Shown: positions 1 through 10,152, counted from the first letter of the stretch. The stretch is 64,000 nucleotides of DNA from an uncultured Verrucomicrobiae bacterium (GCA_963719495.1 CAVRCI010000008.1:1-64000); one strand, 5' to 3'. A program made the numbers and translations. The notes: a model not told the origin generated them from the letters alone.

Positions 1-181
1 AAGCCTTGATTATCTGGTCTGAACTGGTTGTTCGCGAGGCATCTGCTTCGGATGTTGTCGTGCATTGCCTGTCGGCGCTTCGTTGACCGGACCGACCTAT
101 CGAGACACCCCGGGCACCTTCGTATCCGGAGTGTCTCCGCCACTTCCTTCGCATCTCGGAAGCGGGTCGATCTGGACTGCT

Positions 182-826
182 CTAACGAATAATGTCCAAG
201 CCAGCGCTCTCCAATTGAGCCCAAGTTACAACGCGCTCGAAATCACCTAGCATTGGCAACAGCTTTGGAAACCGAGCCATGTGCGGCATCAAGCATACCG
301 CGCACCAGGGACTCGTTTTCGGTTTCTGTAGTGGGGCGAGGACTGGGATTGTGAAGCACTCTATCGCAGAGGCATCTGATTGAGCGTCCGAGGTGACCAT
401 ATCGATGAGCTTCAAGGTAGTCTGCCACGCCTTGTCTTCCGTGGTTTTGTTCCAATTTGTGATCCATATCGCCAGCGGAACGACCTCAGATTCCCCCACT
501 TTTGATGCATACGCGGTTGAAACGGCAAAACTTGCATCCAATGGGTTTTCCATCAAATACAATTGCTCGTTGCCCTCGGTGAACGCGGGAACATAGGAGC
601 CTGAGAAGCGAGCTTGTGATAATATCGGACGGATGGTTTCCAAGGCGATGTCTGGACACTCCTGACGGGGCGACTGATAGGTGTGCCCCGTTTGGAGAGT
701 GTAGTGCTCGAAACTCAAGACTTTCTCTGGAATCGAATCGGAACCGGTTGTTGCTGCCTCGGTCGGAGGCGTTTCAATTGTTGGAAGCTGCGAGCTTGCG
801 AAGCCAAGATGGGCTCGCATTGACAA
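182..826 (-). CDS. Hypothetical protein
   Basis: 214-aa ORF with globular composition; start uncertain (overlaps 715-1203). Confidence 0.5.
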   Translation of the reverse strand: MSMRAHLGFASSQLPTIETPPTEAATTGSDSIPEKVLSFEHYTLQTGHTYQSPRQECPDIALETIRPILSQARFSGSYVPAFTEGNEQLYLMENPLDASFAVSTAYASKVGESEVVPLAIWITNWNKTTEDKAWQTTLKLIDMVTSDAQSDASAIECFTIPVLAPLQKPKTSPWCAVCLMPHMARFPKLLPMLGDFERVVTWAQLESAGLDIIR

Positions 827-1203
827 TACTTGCTTGGCTTTCCCCCGTTTCCCATTGACCCAAACCGTAAAAGGGATTTTCTGGCCGGTTCTGATTTTGG
901 AAATAGTCGATCCAAGTCGGAAACGTGCATCTGGAGGACATACGGCATCGGAGATTCGTCTTCAAATAACAGCTCAATCCCGATCTCAGACGGATCCATA
1001 TAATGCGGTCCACGAGTGACGTAGACGGTATCGACGTAACGAATCTCGTCCACGACATGGCGTTGACAATCGGGAACGATCAATCGCATGGCACCAGCGT
1101 TGGTCGAGAGAAAAAAGTTGCCTTTAGCGTTGTGCGCCGCTTCCCAGAAATTCGTTCTAACGAGCTTCTGGCCATCATTTTCTAAGCATAGATGTGTATC
1201 CAT
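715..1203 (-). CDS. Hypothetical protein
   Basis: 162-aa ATG ORF, protein-like N-terminal 110 aa. Confidence 0.55.
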   Translation of the reverse strand: MDTHLCLENDGQKLVRTNFWEAAHNAKGNFFLSTNAGAMRLIVPDCQRHVVDEIRYVDTVYVTRGPHYMDPSEIGIELLFEDESPMPYVLQMHVSDLDRLFPKSEPARKSLLRFGSMGNGGKPSKYCQCEPILASQARSFQQLKRLRPRQQQPVPIRFQRKS

Positions 1204-1478
1204 GCTTCATAGATACTGAGTTGCTCGACAGCTTTTTGAAAATAATTGAAAAAAGTTTTCCGACTCTTCCAGAAACGCTCAGGCGGTGCTTGATCCTGGC
1301 AATCTCGGTTTCGATTTTCCACCACGACTGATAGTGTAAAATACAAAGTTGGCGTTCTCTCATGCGGACGCCTGCCAGATACAACCTGATTTGATCGCCC
1401 CCCCTCGTCTCAGCGCCGGAGCCGACATCTGAGAGGGCCGCGATCTCGCGAAAACGACAGCGTCCGTATCTTGTCAGA

Positions 1479-2807
1479 ATGATCCGAACTCCGCTCCGCT
1501 TAATCAATCTCGCCGAGATCTATCGAAATGACGCGATCTTATCGCTCCAACGCTGGTCTGACGCCATTCGAGCATGGGTAAAAGAGCACCCGAAGCCCCG
1601 CGATTCCGGCTACCTAGAGGATGTCGCCTCATATGCTCATCAGGAGACTGGACTACGGTGCATGGCCCTTGAGACGCTCGATCGATACGCCGCGCTGGAG
1701 CTGTGGACCGCCGCGATTGAAGACCTTTCGAATGTGGCTTTTCTCGCGAGCTACCCCCGCGAACTCGAGCACTCACTGCGCAGTCTCGGCGCTGTCGATC
1801 CGAGCCTACTGGGTGGATTGCAGTGGCTTTTAGCGGATAACATGAGCTATCCCGCGCGCAACCACTTTCTCCGCTGGAGAACGTGGTCGGCACCGATTTT
1901 TGCCGTCGATGCAGACGTTGTGTTATCTGCCGTAAATCAACCAGACCCGGAGCCGTCGCCGACGATCAAAGACCTATTTGCGGACGGCACCAAGTCCCAG
2001 CGCGCGGCGATGAAAGACCTCTCTTACCTCATCGCTGTAAAGCGCCTAGGACGGACGTTTGGAGGCATCACTCCTCGGACCACCGCCCTACTCGTCGGTC
2101 TGTCCGGCAGCGGTAAAAGCTGGGTTGCGGAGAATGTCGCGGCGATGGCGGGAATCAGGTCATTTGGCGCGACCGTTGGGTCGTGGTTGATTTACGGCGG
2201 TCGGGGCGAGACACCTACTGCCGAACGCATTCGTCGGCATCTACGCCAGCACGGCGCCAGCATAATTGTGATTGATGAGATCGATAAAGTGCGGATGGGC
2301 AAAGACGACGGAAACGCGGGATATTTTCGCTGCATCTGGGATGAAGTGATGAGCCTCCTGGACGGACGTGCAGACCGGTGGCCGGACTGGAGTGAGAAGG
2401 ACGTCGCGGCTCTTCGCGCGAGCCATTTTGTAACCGCGGGGGCCTTTCAAGATGTATACCGAAAGGAACTCGGCGCGGGTCCCGTTCTGCTAGCGGAGGA
2501 GATCGAGTCTCTGGAGCCAGTCACCTTCGAACGGATTTCCTCCGCAGAAATTCTCCCTGATGAATTGCTTAACAGACTGGGAAGTGTGATCGAAATCCGT
2601 CCGCCCGAAACTGATGAGGTCGCCGAACGGATGTTCGAGATCGAAACAGATGCGGGTTTTATCTGCGACAATCAGGAGCGCGTAGAAAACGCTCGGCGAA
2701 TTGCCTGCTCGCTGACCGGAATGCGTGGACTCGAGGACTACGCTTTACAGCTTGCCCAGAGGCGAATCAGAGAGGATCGCCGGATCGCCCGTGAGAAAGC
2801 TCAGTGA
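1479..2807 (+). CDS. Stand-alone AAA+ ATPase (ClpX/HslU-like ATPase domain) with unknown N-terminal domain
   Basis: Walker A GLSGSGKS, Walker B IIVIDEIDK, VTAGAF and LPDELLNRL motifs. Confidence 0.8.
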   Translation: MIRTPLRLINLAEIYRNDAILSLQRWSDAIRAWVKEHPKPRDSGYLEDVASYAHQETGLRCMALETLDRYAALELWTAAIEDLSNVAFLASYPRELEHSLRSLGAVDPSLLGGLQWLLADNMSYPARNHFLRWRTWSAPIFAVDADVVLSAVNQPDPEPSPTIKDLFADGTKSQRAAMKDLSYLIAVKRLGRTFGGITPRTTALLVGLSGSGKSWVAENVAAMAGIRSFGATVGSWLIYGGRGETPTAERIRRHLRQHGASIIVIDEIDKVRMGKDDGNAGYFRCIWDEVMSLLDGRADRWPDWSEKDVAALRASHFVTAGAFQDVYRKELGAGPVLLAEEIESLEPVTFERISSAEILPDELLNRLGSVIEIRPPETDEVAERMFEIETDAGFICDNQERVENARRIACSLTGMRGLEDYALQLAQRRIREDRRIAREKAQ

Positions 2808-3192
2808 TCGGAGGGGGGTAGCGTCATCTCCTTCAGGCAGAGCGACTTTGCTCTTCGCGAAGCTCCCGGCACCTGATAGCGCGCAGCGACAACCTCAGCA
2901 TTCTACCTTTTCGGATCTTGAACCCATGCTCGGCGAAACAACCGACATGTCGAAGGTGCCGCGGAAAATAGTCAGCGTGGTCAAGGAGTTGATCTCCGCG
3001 CAACGTTCCCACTTTGGCGATATGCAGGCGGGATTACTCTATTGAATCGGCAAAAACAAGGAGTAAGTCCTATCTAAAGCTATCAGATGCTAATTAACTC
3101 TATTTTTTGAAAAATGACCCCTTGCGCCGATTTAGCTTCCGCAGTTCATTTCATTATCGGTCGAATTAATCGGTCGACAGAACCAAAAACAA

Positions 3193-3489
3193 ATGAAGAC
3201 AATAGACGCAACCTCCAACTATTACGTTAAAATCACCTATTTTTATTACGACGGCACGTTCAATGCTCGTGCCAACGGACCACTCAAAGACCAAAATGGG
3301 CAGAAGATGCTATTCGAAAGCCGCGAAGATGCTAAGAAGTTCCTGCTCACTGACAACTATGAGTTAGAGTGGCTCCGTTGCGAAGAAACGAAGTCTGGAA
3401 TTTACATGACCTGCGGCGATTACTGCTTAAAGCACGGAGAATACTCGCGGCCATCCTACATAGTTCGGAAGGAACGAGCGCGCCGATAG
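3193..3489 (+). CDS. Hypothetical protein
   Basis: 98-aa ATG ORF after an AT-rich promoter-like region. Confidence 0.6.
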   Translation: MKTIDATSNYYVKITYFYYDGTFNARANGPLKDQNGQKMLFESREDAKKFLLTDNYELEWLRCEETKSGIYMTCGDYCLKHGEYSRPSYIVRKERARR

Positions 3490-3691
3490 GAGACGAATTT
3501 TGGAGGCTCCCCTGCTCATTTGGCAGGGGGGCAGTCCGGTGCGCATCACATACGCGACACTCAAGAGCACATCCTTTTCCGTCAAAGTAGATGAGCTTGA
3601 GTTAGACGTCTTCTAAAATATGTCCAAGTTTCCCCTTGCGCCCTCCTTTTCAGAGCTTTAGGCGCTGCGCCCCCCCCGGCGCTCAAATCGG

Positions 3692-3714
3692 GACCCAACT
3701 GATTAAGAGTCAGT
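3692..3714 (-). other. tRNA-Lys(CTT) anticodon-arm fragment, probable att site
   Basis: Reverse complement ACTGA-CTCTTAA-TCAGT-TGGGTC gives a 5-bp stem with a canonical CT-CTT-AA loop; rest of tRNA absent. Confidence 0.55.
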
Positions 3715-3717
3715 AAG

Positions 3718-5327
3718 GAATGGCGTTAAGATAAGGTAGATTTGGGATGAGTTAGGGGATTGATTGAACGGAGGCGTTTCGGAGAGGTCAAATTGGCTAC
3801 CGCAATACATAATGCGTTTACGTGGAGGGAATTAAGACCATAATTTGGAATGTCAAACAAGACTCCATTCTTTCGAGCATTTGGTCCCCTGCTTTTCGGT
3901 CGTGCGCCGAGGCGAGCTGCCGATCAGATTAGTCGGATCAAGGGTCTGGAGGATCTCTACAGTCTATTTGGGGATCCCATTCCCAAGGCGATACTCTCAC
4001 CGACGAAGAAAGGGGTTGGGAGTCGGGATCGTAGCCTGCCCGCGCAGGTAACATTCTGGGCGTTCGTCGCCCAAGTCATGAGTCCGGGGATGGGCTGTCG
4101 GGAGGTTGTCAATAAAGTGGCGGCGTGGTGGCGCTGGGCGCAGATTCATCCGGGCCGCTCAGTGAGCGCGAGTGCCTATTCCCAAGCTCGCTCGCGTTTG
4201 GATAAGGAAGTGCTGGGAGTCATCGCCAGACGGGTTGCTTGGAGCTTGGATCGCAACACTCTGAGCGCGGAAAGATGGCTCCGTGGGCGCCATGTCAAGA
4301 TCATCGATGGAACGAGCCTATCGATGCCCGATACGCCGGAGAACCAAGCCATCTGGCCGCAACCCAGTTCGCAGAAGCCGGGCTGCGGTTTTCCGCTGAT
4401 GAAGCTCACTGGCCTGTTCTCATTGAGCAGCGGAGCGCTCATCGACCATGCCACCAGCAACGAGCATGTGCATGAAAGTCAGCTTTTTCGCCAGATGTGG
4501 CCGCGGCTGAGTCGGGGCGATGTTTTACTCGGAGATCGCGGTTTTTGCTCCTACACGACGATGGCCTCGCTAAGCGGGCGCGGAATCGATGGCGTCTTCC
4601 GCCTTCACCAAGCTCGCAAGATCGACTTCCGGCAAGGTAGACGCCTGGGCCACGATGATCGGCTGATCCGATGGACCAAACCGGACAAAACGCCCGCAGG
4701 CTTCAGTGATGAAGAGTTTGCCGCGTTGCCCGCCACTCTGTCCCTACGAATGATCCGACTTCGCGTCTCCAATCCCGGCTTCCGGACCCGCAGCGTGGTC
4801 CTGGTCACCACTCTGCTCGATCCCGAACTCTATCCCGCTGACGACATCCGCGCACTCTACGGCGAGCGCTGGAACGTGGAACTGCATTTTCACCAAATCA
4901 AGACGCTCATGGCCTTGGATGTTCTGCGTTGCCGGACGCCGGAGATGATCGAGAAGGAACTCCTGGTTCATCTCATCGCCTACAATCTGGTCCGAGTGCT
5001 CATGCAGCGTGCCGCCCATTAGCATAAAGTGCCTTTGGATCGGGTCAGCTTCAAAGCCACTCTGGACACCTCCCGCCACTTCGCCGACGTCATTCACGCC
5101 GCCTCCAAAACGTCGCGAAAACAACAAGCCCTCATTGAAGAAATGCTCGCCCTTATCGCCGCCTCGCTCATTCCCGAGCGTCCTGGTCGATCCGAACCTC
5201 GCACCAAGAAACGACGACCGAAAAACTACCAACTCCTCACCAAACCCAGATCAAAAATGGGAAATCTTCCCCACCGAAACCGCAGAAAACCAAAAGCCTC
5301 CAAATCCTCCTTATCTTAACGCCATTC
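3718..5327 (+). mobile_element. IS4-family insertion sequence, 1610 bp
   Basis: Perfect 19-bp terminal IRs GAATGGCGTTAAGATAAGG (3718-3736; 5309-5327); 11-bp target duplication GAGTCAGTAAG (3707-3717) / GAGTTAGTAAG (5328-5338). Confidence 0.95.
3850..5319 (+). pseudogene. IS4 transposase with in-frame TAG at 5020-5022
   Basis: IIDGT, LGDRGF and Y-x2-RW-x2-E-x6-K motifs; same frame continues past TAG to the RPGRSEPR-KRRPKNY C-terminus. Confidence 0.9.
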
Positions 5328-5419
5328 GAGTTAGTAAGCGTATTTACGGAATGGGCCGCACAACAGGATCCGTCCCTGAGGCGGCTTAAATCTGTCTTGC
5401 TCGGAGGTATCTTGAATCC

Positions 5420-5764
5420 ATGAACCGACTATCTGTTTTCATCGAGAGCACGGCACGTTCTACGAAAATCACCTGTTGTCTTGTCGACGAGGATGAGATT
5501 GCATATGCAGAAGGGCTTCTCGAAAAGCTCCGCTTGGATTGCGAGATCGAGGAAGTTGCTGGCCCATTTTACGCGGTGAACGTCACAAATGCCTCCGGCT
5601 CAACCTACAAGGAGCTGCGCACACAGCCTGAAACACTGGCGATCATCGGAGTGGAGGAGATCGGTAAAAATGCCGGTGAGATCTTTGAGCAGACTATCGC
5701 AGGTGGCGAATACTCTCGCGGAGCCCTCACCATTTCCATCTATCCGGACAACGGGAGCCGATAG
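5420..5764 (+). CDS. Hypothetical protein
   Basis: 114-aa ATG ORF with GGAGGT upstream. Confidence 0.55.
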   Translation: MNRLSVFIESTARSTKITCCLVDEDEIAYAEGLLEKLRLDCEIEEVAGPFYAVNVTNASGSTYKELRTQPETLAIIGVEEIGKNAGEIFEQTIAGGEYSRGALTISIYPDNGSR

Positions 5765-5869
5765 GCGGTGGGCCGACTGGTCAACTCGCAGAATTGACGC
5801 CAGTTCAGGTGTAGTTGTGGGGCCGGAAGCGACTCGGGGCGGCCCATCGTCGGGCGTCAGAGTCGAGGA

Positions 5870-5998
5870 ATGACACCCGAATCATTATTCACGGCGGCGT
5901 TGGCGTTGGATGAAGGTTGGAAAGTGGAGCGGTGCGAGTTTGCGGGTGACCGCAAAAAACTACTCTTGGAACTCATCCCCACGTCTTTCGCGGGGTAG
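5870..5998 (+). pseudogene. ISL3-family transposase N-terminal remnant
   Basis: Translates MTPESLFTAALALDEGWKVERCEF, resembling ISL3 transposase N-termini, then stops. Confidence 0.55.
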
Positions 5999-6043
5999 TT
6001 AGCGACAACCTCTCAATGCACCATCAAATAACCGATTGAATCC

Positions 6044-6175
6044 ATGAAAGCCTACCCAACCAAAAACGGTATCTCCGAAGAGACCCGCGCCCAGCTCATC
6101 TCGCTAGTGAATCAGCAACTCGCGGATTTGATCGATCTCGGGCTCCAGACCAAGCAGGCGCATTGGAACGTGACT
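6044..6175 (+). pseudogene. dps: Truncated Dps (DNA starvation protein), N-terminal ~43 aa
   Basis: LNQQLAD-like segment then QTKQAHWNV Dps signature; similarity ends abruptly. Confidence 0.8.
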
Positions 6176-6180
6176 CGACA

Positions 6181-6840
6181 TTACTGCTCCGCGAACGACG
6201 AGCATAGTTCCGCGAAAGGTGCCGGATCAGAGTCGAGCGCTTCCCAGTTCTCGGCGATCCAGGCATCGTATTCCTCGCGGGACATTGTGCCTACCGCGCG
6301 GAAGTCGCCGCCAGCGTAGCTACTCTGAATGGCTATATCGACATGGTTACCTTCAACTGCGCGATATGTCGCATCGCCGAAACCGCAAGCTCCCTCGCGA
6401 ATGACCGTAGGAACCTCCCCGACGATATTGATTTCATGCTGTTCGAGATACTCATCAAACACCGCCTGCGCCGTTTCATCGATATCGATGTCGATCAGAA
6501 GCTGACCGAGTGCCTCACCTGCATTATCACATTCGCCGACTTCCTCACCGAGCGCCTTGAGAAGATCATAGTAGGCTTCTTCACAACTCGACGCATGTTG
6601 GCATGCGAGGTATAGAAAACCGTTATCTTCGGTTTGGAATAGAATTATGTGCTCCTTCCCAGCGAGACGAATCGTTGTCACGACCTGCACTCCCCCAAGT
6701 TTATGCGGGCTGCCTTTAGAACGCTCGTCTTCGACTTCAAATGAGAGAGCTTCAATGCCTCTGGCTAACTGCTTTTCTGTGAGAAGGTCTGAATTTGACC
6801 AAATTGCGGTGGTAGTTGATGCCTGCTTCGATGTTAACAT
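6181..6840 (-). CDS. Hypothetical acidic protein
   Basis: 219-aa ATG ORF, AT-rich upstream region. Confidence 0.65.
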   Translation of the reverse strand: MLTSKQASTTTAIWSNSDLLTEKQLARGIEALSFEVEDERSKGSPHKLGGVQVVTTIRLAGKEHIILFQTEDNGFLYLACQHASSCEEAYYDLLKALGEEVGECDNAGEALGQLLIDIDIDETAQAVFDEYLEQHEINIVGEVPTVIREGACGFGDATYRAVEGNHVDIAIQSSYAGGDFRAVGTMSREEYDAWIAENWEALDSDPAPFAELCSSFAEQ

Positions 6841-7093
6841 ATTGATTTCTTTGTTTAACAGCCCATCCCTCCGGTCTCACATCATTGTGAGATTGCAAAC
6901 GGGGGCTGTTATTGTAATTAGACTTACCTTTTCTCCGCTCCGGTGTCAAGACTAACGATAGTAAGATTTTCAATATTCCTTGCACTAGCCTGAGGTATAC
7001 CTTAAATGCCCCTTGAATTTCGACTATTGAAAGTAACCTATTCTTCGCGATCTCCCTTTTGACTAAGGCCCGACGAGGCGACGTTCTACAACT

Positions 7094-7482
7094 GGAAGAA
7101 GAGGTGCAATGGGATGGACGTGAGTGAGACGCGCCGACTTCGAGCCATGGAAGAGGAGGTTGGGCGACAAGCGGCTGGGGGCCGATCTGTGCTTGTAGAA
7201 CCAGAATCTCAAGGGGGTGAACGTAGAAAATTGGTGAGCCCGTCATCCCAACGGTGTGCCGTAAAGCTGAATCTGGCGGAAGGCTGGAGCAAATCAACGG
7301 CGGCGGCGTGCCGGACGTTGGGGCTGGCGCGCTTGAACTTTCATCGCGAGAATCGGGAAGCGGTGGAGAGTCGGCGGATACACAAGGAGGTCTGGCCCGG
7401 CGCGGTGCAGCAGACCTGCCTAGTGCATCTCGCGCGCAACGTAGCGGTCCAAGCGCATCACTCTCGGGACCTCTCCCGATAA
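7094..7482 (+). pseudogene. Fused IS3-family and IS256-family transposase remnants
   Basis: GMDVSETRRLRAMEEE (IS3 OrfA-like) followed by EVWPGAVQQTCLVHLARN (IS256 CxxH motif). Confidence 0.65.
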
Positions 7483-7744
7483 AGAATGCATCAGCTCCTA
7501 TAGCGGAGGCAACGTTTTCGGTCTGATGTTGCCAGTTGGCCGCTTCGAGGTTGTCGGATTCATGACGCGTCATATCTGAAACGCGGTGCGGAAAGGCGTT
7601 CTGAAGCCTGGTAAAAATTGTTTTTGGGAATCATGAAAGGCGTTATTCCCCTACTGCCTATAGTCAGCCTGTGCTCGCAGGGGACTTAAGTGGATCTGCA
7701 TCGATGCCTTCTCGGCTACGAGGTGTTCCGGAAGAGCTGAAAGG

Positions 7745-8476
7745 TTGCCCGGTATCTTCGTCTCAATGAGAGAGGATGATCCACTGAAGCCCATATATCG
7801 CCGTGTCCTGCGGAAATTCCATCCGGACATGACGACCGACCCGATGGAGCGGGCCGCCTTCGGTGACCTTACCCGGGAAATTATCGCCGCCTATCAAGAT
7901 GGAGATGGCGACACGTTGATCGAGATCGAGCGTCTGGGGACTGCGTTCCGGGCTCCCGAGCGGGAATCGCAACCCTCGAGTGGAGTTCCTCGGAGGCATC
8001 AGCCGGCAGCGGCCGTTCCCAGTGCGAGCATGAAGCCTTGGGTGACGAATTTGAAGCCATTCTGGTTTCCCTATGCTCTCGCGTTTGCGATTCCTCTTTG
8101 GAACGGGAATCAGAAGTTCAAGAACGCGTCCTGCATCCTTGGAGCCATTCCCTGGACGTGGCTCGGCGTCCGACTTTGGGGCGGGATTGACGGACTTGCT
8201 GTTTGGCTGAACGAACTGGGTTACGCCCATGAGTCGTTGGCGGGATTGATTGTCGTCCTACTGCGCGGGGCTCTTATTGTCGCGATGCTCCCGATCGTTG
8301 TGCCGCTTGGCTTGGTGGCGCTGCGAGTCGGTTGGGTGATCGGATCGGTGTGGGTCGCGCATTGGGTGCTGGCTGGGGTGTTGGGCTATTTCCATCCCTA
8401 TCTTGCGTGGATCGCGACGGCGGGCCTCGGCCTGAGTTTGGCCATTGCGCTATGGCACTCGCTCGATGAGTGGTGA
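7745..8476 (+). CDS. J-domain (DnaJ-like) protein with C-terminal transmembrane helices
   Basis: YRRVLRKFHPD motif followed by about 5 hydrophobic segments; start may be ATG ~7766. Confidence 0.7.
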   Translation: MPGIFVSMREDDPLKPIYRRVLRKFHPDMTTDPMERAAFGDLTREIIAAYQDGDGDTLIEIERLGTAFRAPERESQPSSGVPRRHQPAAAVPSASMKPWVTNLKPFWFPYALAFAIPLWNGNQKFKNASCILGAIPWTWLGVRLWGGIDGLAVWLNELGYAHESLAGLIVVLLRGALIVAMLPIVVPLGLVALRVGWVIGSVWVAHWVLAGVLGYFHPYLAWIATAGLGLSLAIALWHSLDEW

Positions 8477-9814
8477 CCCGTGCAGGGGTCCTTCCAAAGC
8501 CTCGCATTGGCTGCGCGTCTCGCTGGTTTCCACTCTGAGATGGTGGGGTGCTTGCACCCGTTGACGTAAGCTCGGCTTGGCGGTGAGTTCGAAATACTCG
8601 GAGGGTCTGTCTTTTAGCCAATGCGGAGTCATCTCCCAGAATGCAGCGAGTTCTTCATCTTCGACGATGGGCGCGACATACCATTCACGGATCACGTTCG
8701 CGGAATTGCCCATTTCGGCAGCAGTGAGATTTTCGTTTTTGTGAAGGTGGTAGTGAAACGTCCCGAAACCGTGGCGGAGGCAGTTGTAGGGCAAAGAAAT
8801 GCCCGCCAACGCGGCGAGTTTCGACATCCGATCGCACCACGTGAAGGCCGAATCGGTGCCTGCGACAGGTCCCTTGGTCTGCCTTCGTCCATCCAGCCAC
8901 TGGATGAGATTGTCTGGGAGTGTGACTGGGCGTGAACGCCGTGACTTCGATTTCGAGCCGCGGATTTCGATCTTTTTACTGCCTACGCGATCCCAAGTGA
9001 GTTCGATCAACTCCCCGGTTCGAATCCCTGCAAACGTTTTGATCGCGAGTGGAGCAATGAGATCCGGCATTTCCGTGAGAGCGGTGCGAAAGAGAAGTGC
9101 CGACTGCGGCACTCGAAGAAATTCAACCTCACCCAGGCTTTTGGAACTGCGCTCAAGGGTGCGGCAGGGATTTTTGTCGATCCAATCCCGATCGACGGCG
9201 TAGTTGAACGCGATGTGGAGGTTGCGGGCGTAGGCGACTCTCCGGTTGTGAGAGATGTCGTCCTGCTCGGAGAGCCACTCCTCGATCATTGAGCGGGTCA
9301 TCAGATTGATCGGCTTCTTTTTGAAATCCTCGGAGAAGAGTCGAAAGATCGACTCCATATTCGCAATGTGGGATTTGCTCCGGCCAGCTTGACGTTTGTT
9401 TTTGATGAGCGCGTCGCCGACCTCTGGAAAGGTCTTCACTCCACCGGGTGGGTTTTTGTGGCGGAGACCAAACTCGACAATTTCGCTCAACGAGAACCCG
9501 TGCTCTCGACATTTTTTGACCGCAGCGGCGGCTTCTGAGATTTCCGACGGAGTGAGGGCGAACGCTGCGCCTCCCGCATCGCGTTTCAGGTCGATCACTC
9601 CGACGGCAGGTTTTTCGGCCTTCCTGCCGTTGCCTTGAATAAAGGTGAGGGCCTCCTTGCGCGTTCGGAAGTATGCTGAAAGCGCTTTGCCGCCGGTAAA
9701 CTTTTTACCTAGCCTGACGCGGATGTATTCCGTGCCGGACTTCTCCCATTTAGTGACCTTCACGCCCGTCGGTAGATTGGCGATGATTTCACGTGGGGAT
9801 GATTCGCTCGACAT
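8450..9814 (-). CDS. Tyrosine recombinase / integrase (intact)
   Basis: GIRTGE (catalytic R), SKS (K), NCLRH, GNS and REWY (Y); N-terminal arm-binding-like domain; ATG at 9814 chosen. Confidence 0.92.
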   Translation of the reverse strand: MSSESSPREIIANLPTGVKVTKWEKSGTEYIRVRLGKKFTGGKALSAYFRTRKEALTFIQGNGRKAEKPAVGVIDLKRDAGGAAFALTPSEISEAAAAVKKCREHGFSLSEIVEFGLRHKNPPGGVKTFPEVGDALIKNKRQAGRSKSHIANMESIFRLFSEDFKKKPINLMTRSMIEEWLSEQDDISHNRRVAYARNLHIAFNYAVDRDWIDKNPCRTLERSSKSLGEVEFLRVPQSALLFRTALTEMPDLIAPLAIKTFAGIRTGELIELTWDRVGSKKIEIRGSKSKSRRSRPVTLPDNLIQWLDGRRQTKGPVAGTDSAFTWCDRMSKLAALAGISLPYNCLRHGFGTFHYHLHKNENLTAAEMGNSANVIREWYVAPIVEDEELAAFWEMTPHWLKDRPSEYFELTAKPSLRQRVQAPHHLRVETSETRSQCEALEGPLHGSPLIERVP

Positions 9815-9820
9815 ACCTCG

Positions 9821-9845
9821 AAAATTGGATACAAATTGGATACAA
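9821..9845. promoter_or_regulatory. Tandem direct repeat AAATTGGATAC x2, putative integrase arm-type sites
   Basis: Lies between the integrase start and the tRNA half. Confidence 0.5.
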
Positions 9846-9899
9846 CCGAATTCCGGTTCGGTCAAGAGAGTGAAATTCGAGTGAATTTACTCTGTAAAT

Positions 9900-9941
9900 G
9901 CCGGCGTGGCGAAATGGCAGACGCAACGGACTTAAAATCCG
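9900..9941 (+). pseudogene. tRNA-Leu(TAA) 5' half (att junction)
   Basis: GCCGGCG-TGGCGAAATGGCAGACGC-A-ACGGA-CTTAAAA-TCCG, then non-tRNA sequence. Confidence 0.92.
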
Positions 9942-10069
9942 ACAGATTGATCCTCTGGAGAGTGAATATCGAGAGGGAAACCCTGATTTCCGGGAACATT
10001 GTTGTCCAAATATGTCCAAATTCGCAGTGCTGGATTTGGTTTTATTTTTCAGTTATACAGTTTTCTTTC

Positions 10070-10152
10070 CGGCGCGTGGCGAAATGGCAGACGCAGCAGA
10101 CTTAAAATCTGCTGGCCGCAAGGTCATGCGGGTTCGAGTCCCGCCGCGCCGA
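10070..10152 (+). tRNA. tRNA-Leu(TAA), complete, 83 nt, CCA not encoded
   Basis: Cloverleaf: CGGCGCG/CGCGCCG acceptor, GCAGA-CTTAAAA-TCTGC, variable arm TGGCC-GCAA-GGTCA, GCGGG-TTCGAGT-CCCGC, discriminator A. Confidence 0.95.

Larger units (their letters stand above)
1..9941. mobile_element. Genomic island (element 1), right end at tRNA-Leu 5' half; left end not defined in window
   Basis: Lower GC and weaker codon bias than DNA beyond 13620; intact tyrosine integrase next to a tRNA fragment; IS remnants and hypothetical ORFs. Confidence 0.75.

Noticed and set aside
5020..5022. Programmed readthrough or pyrrolysine codon
   Set aside because: No supporting signal or pyl genes; a nonsense mutation is simpler
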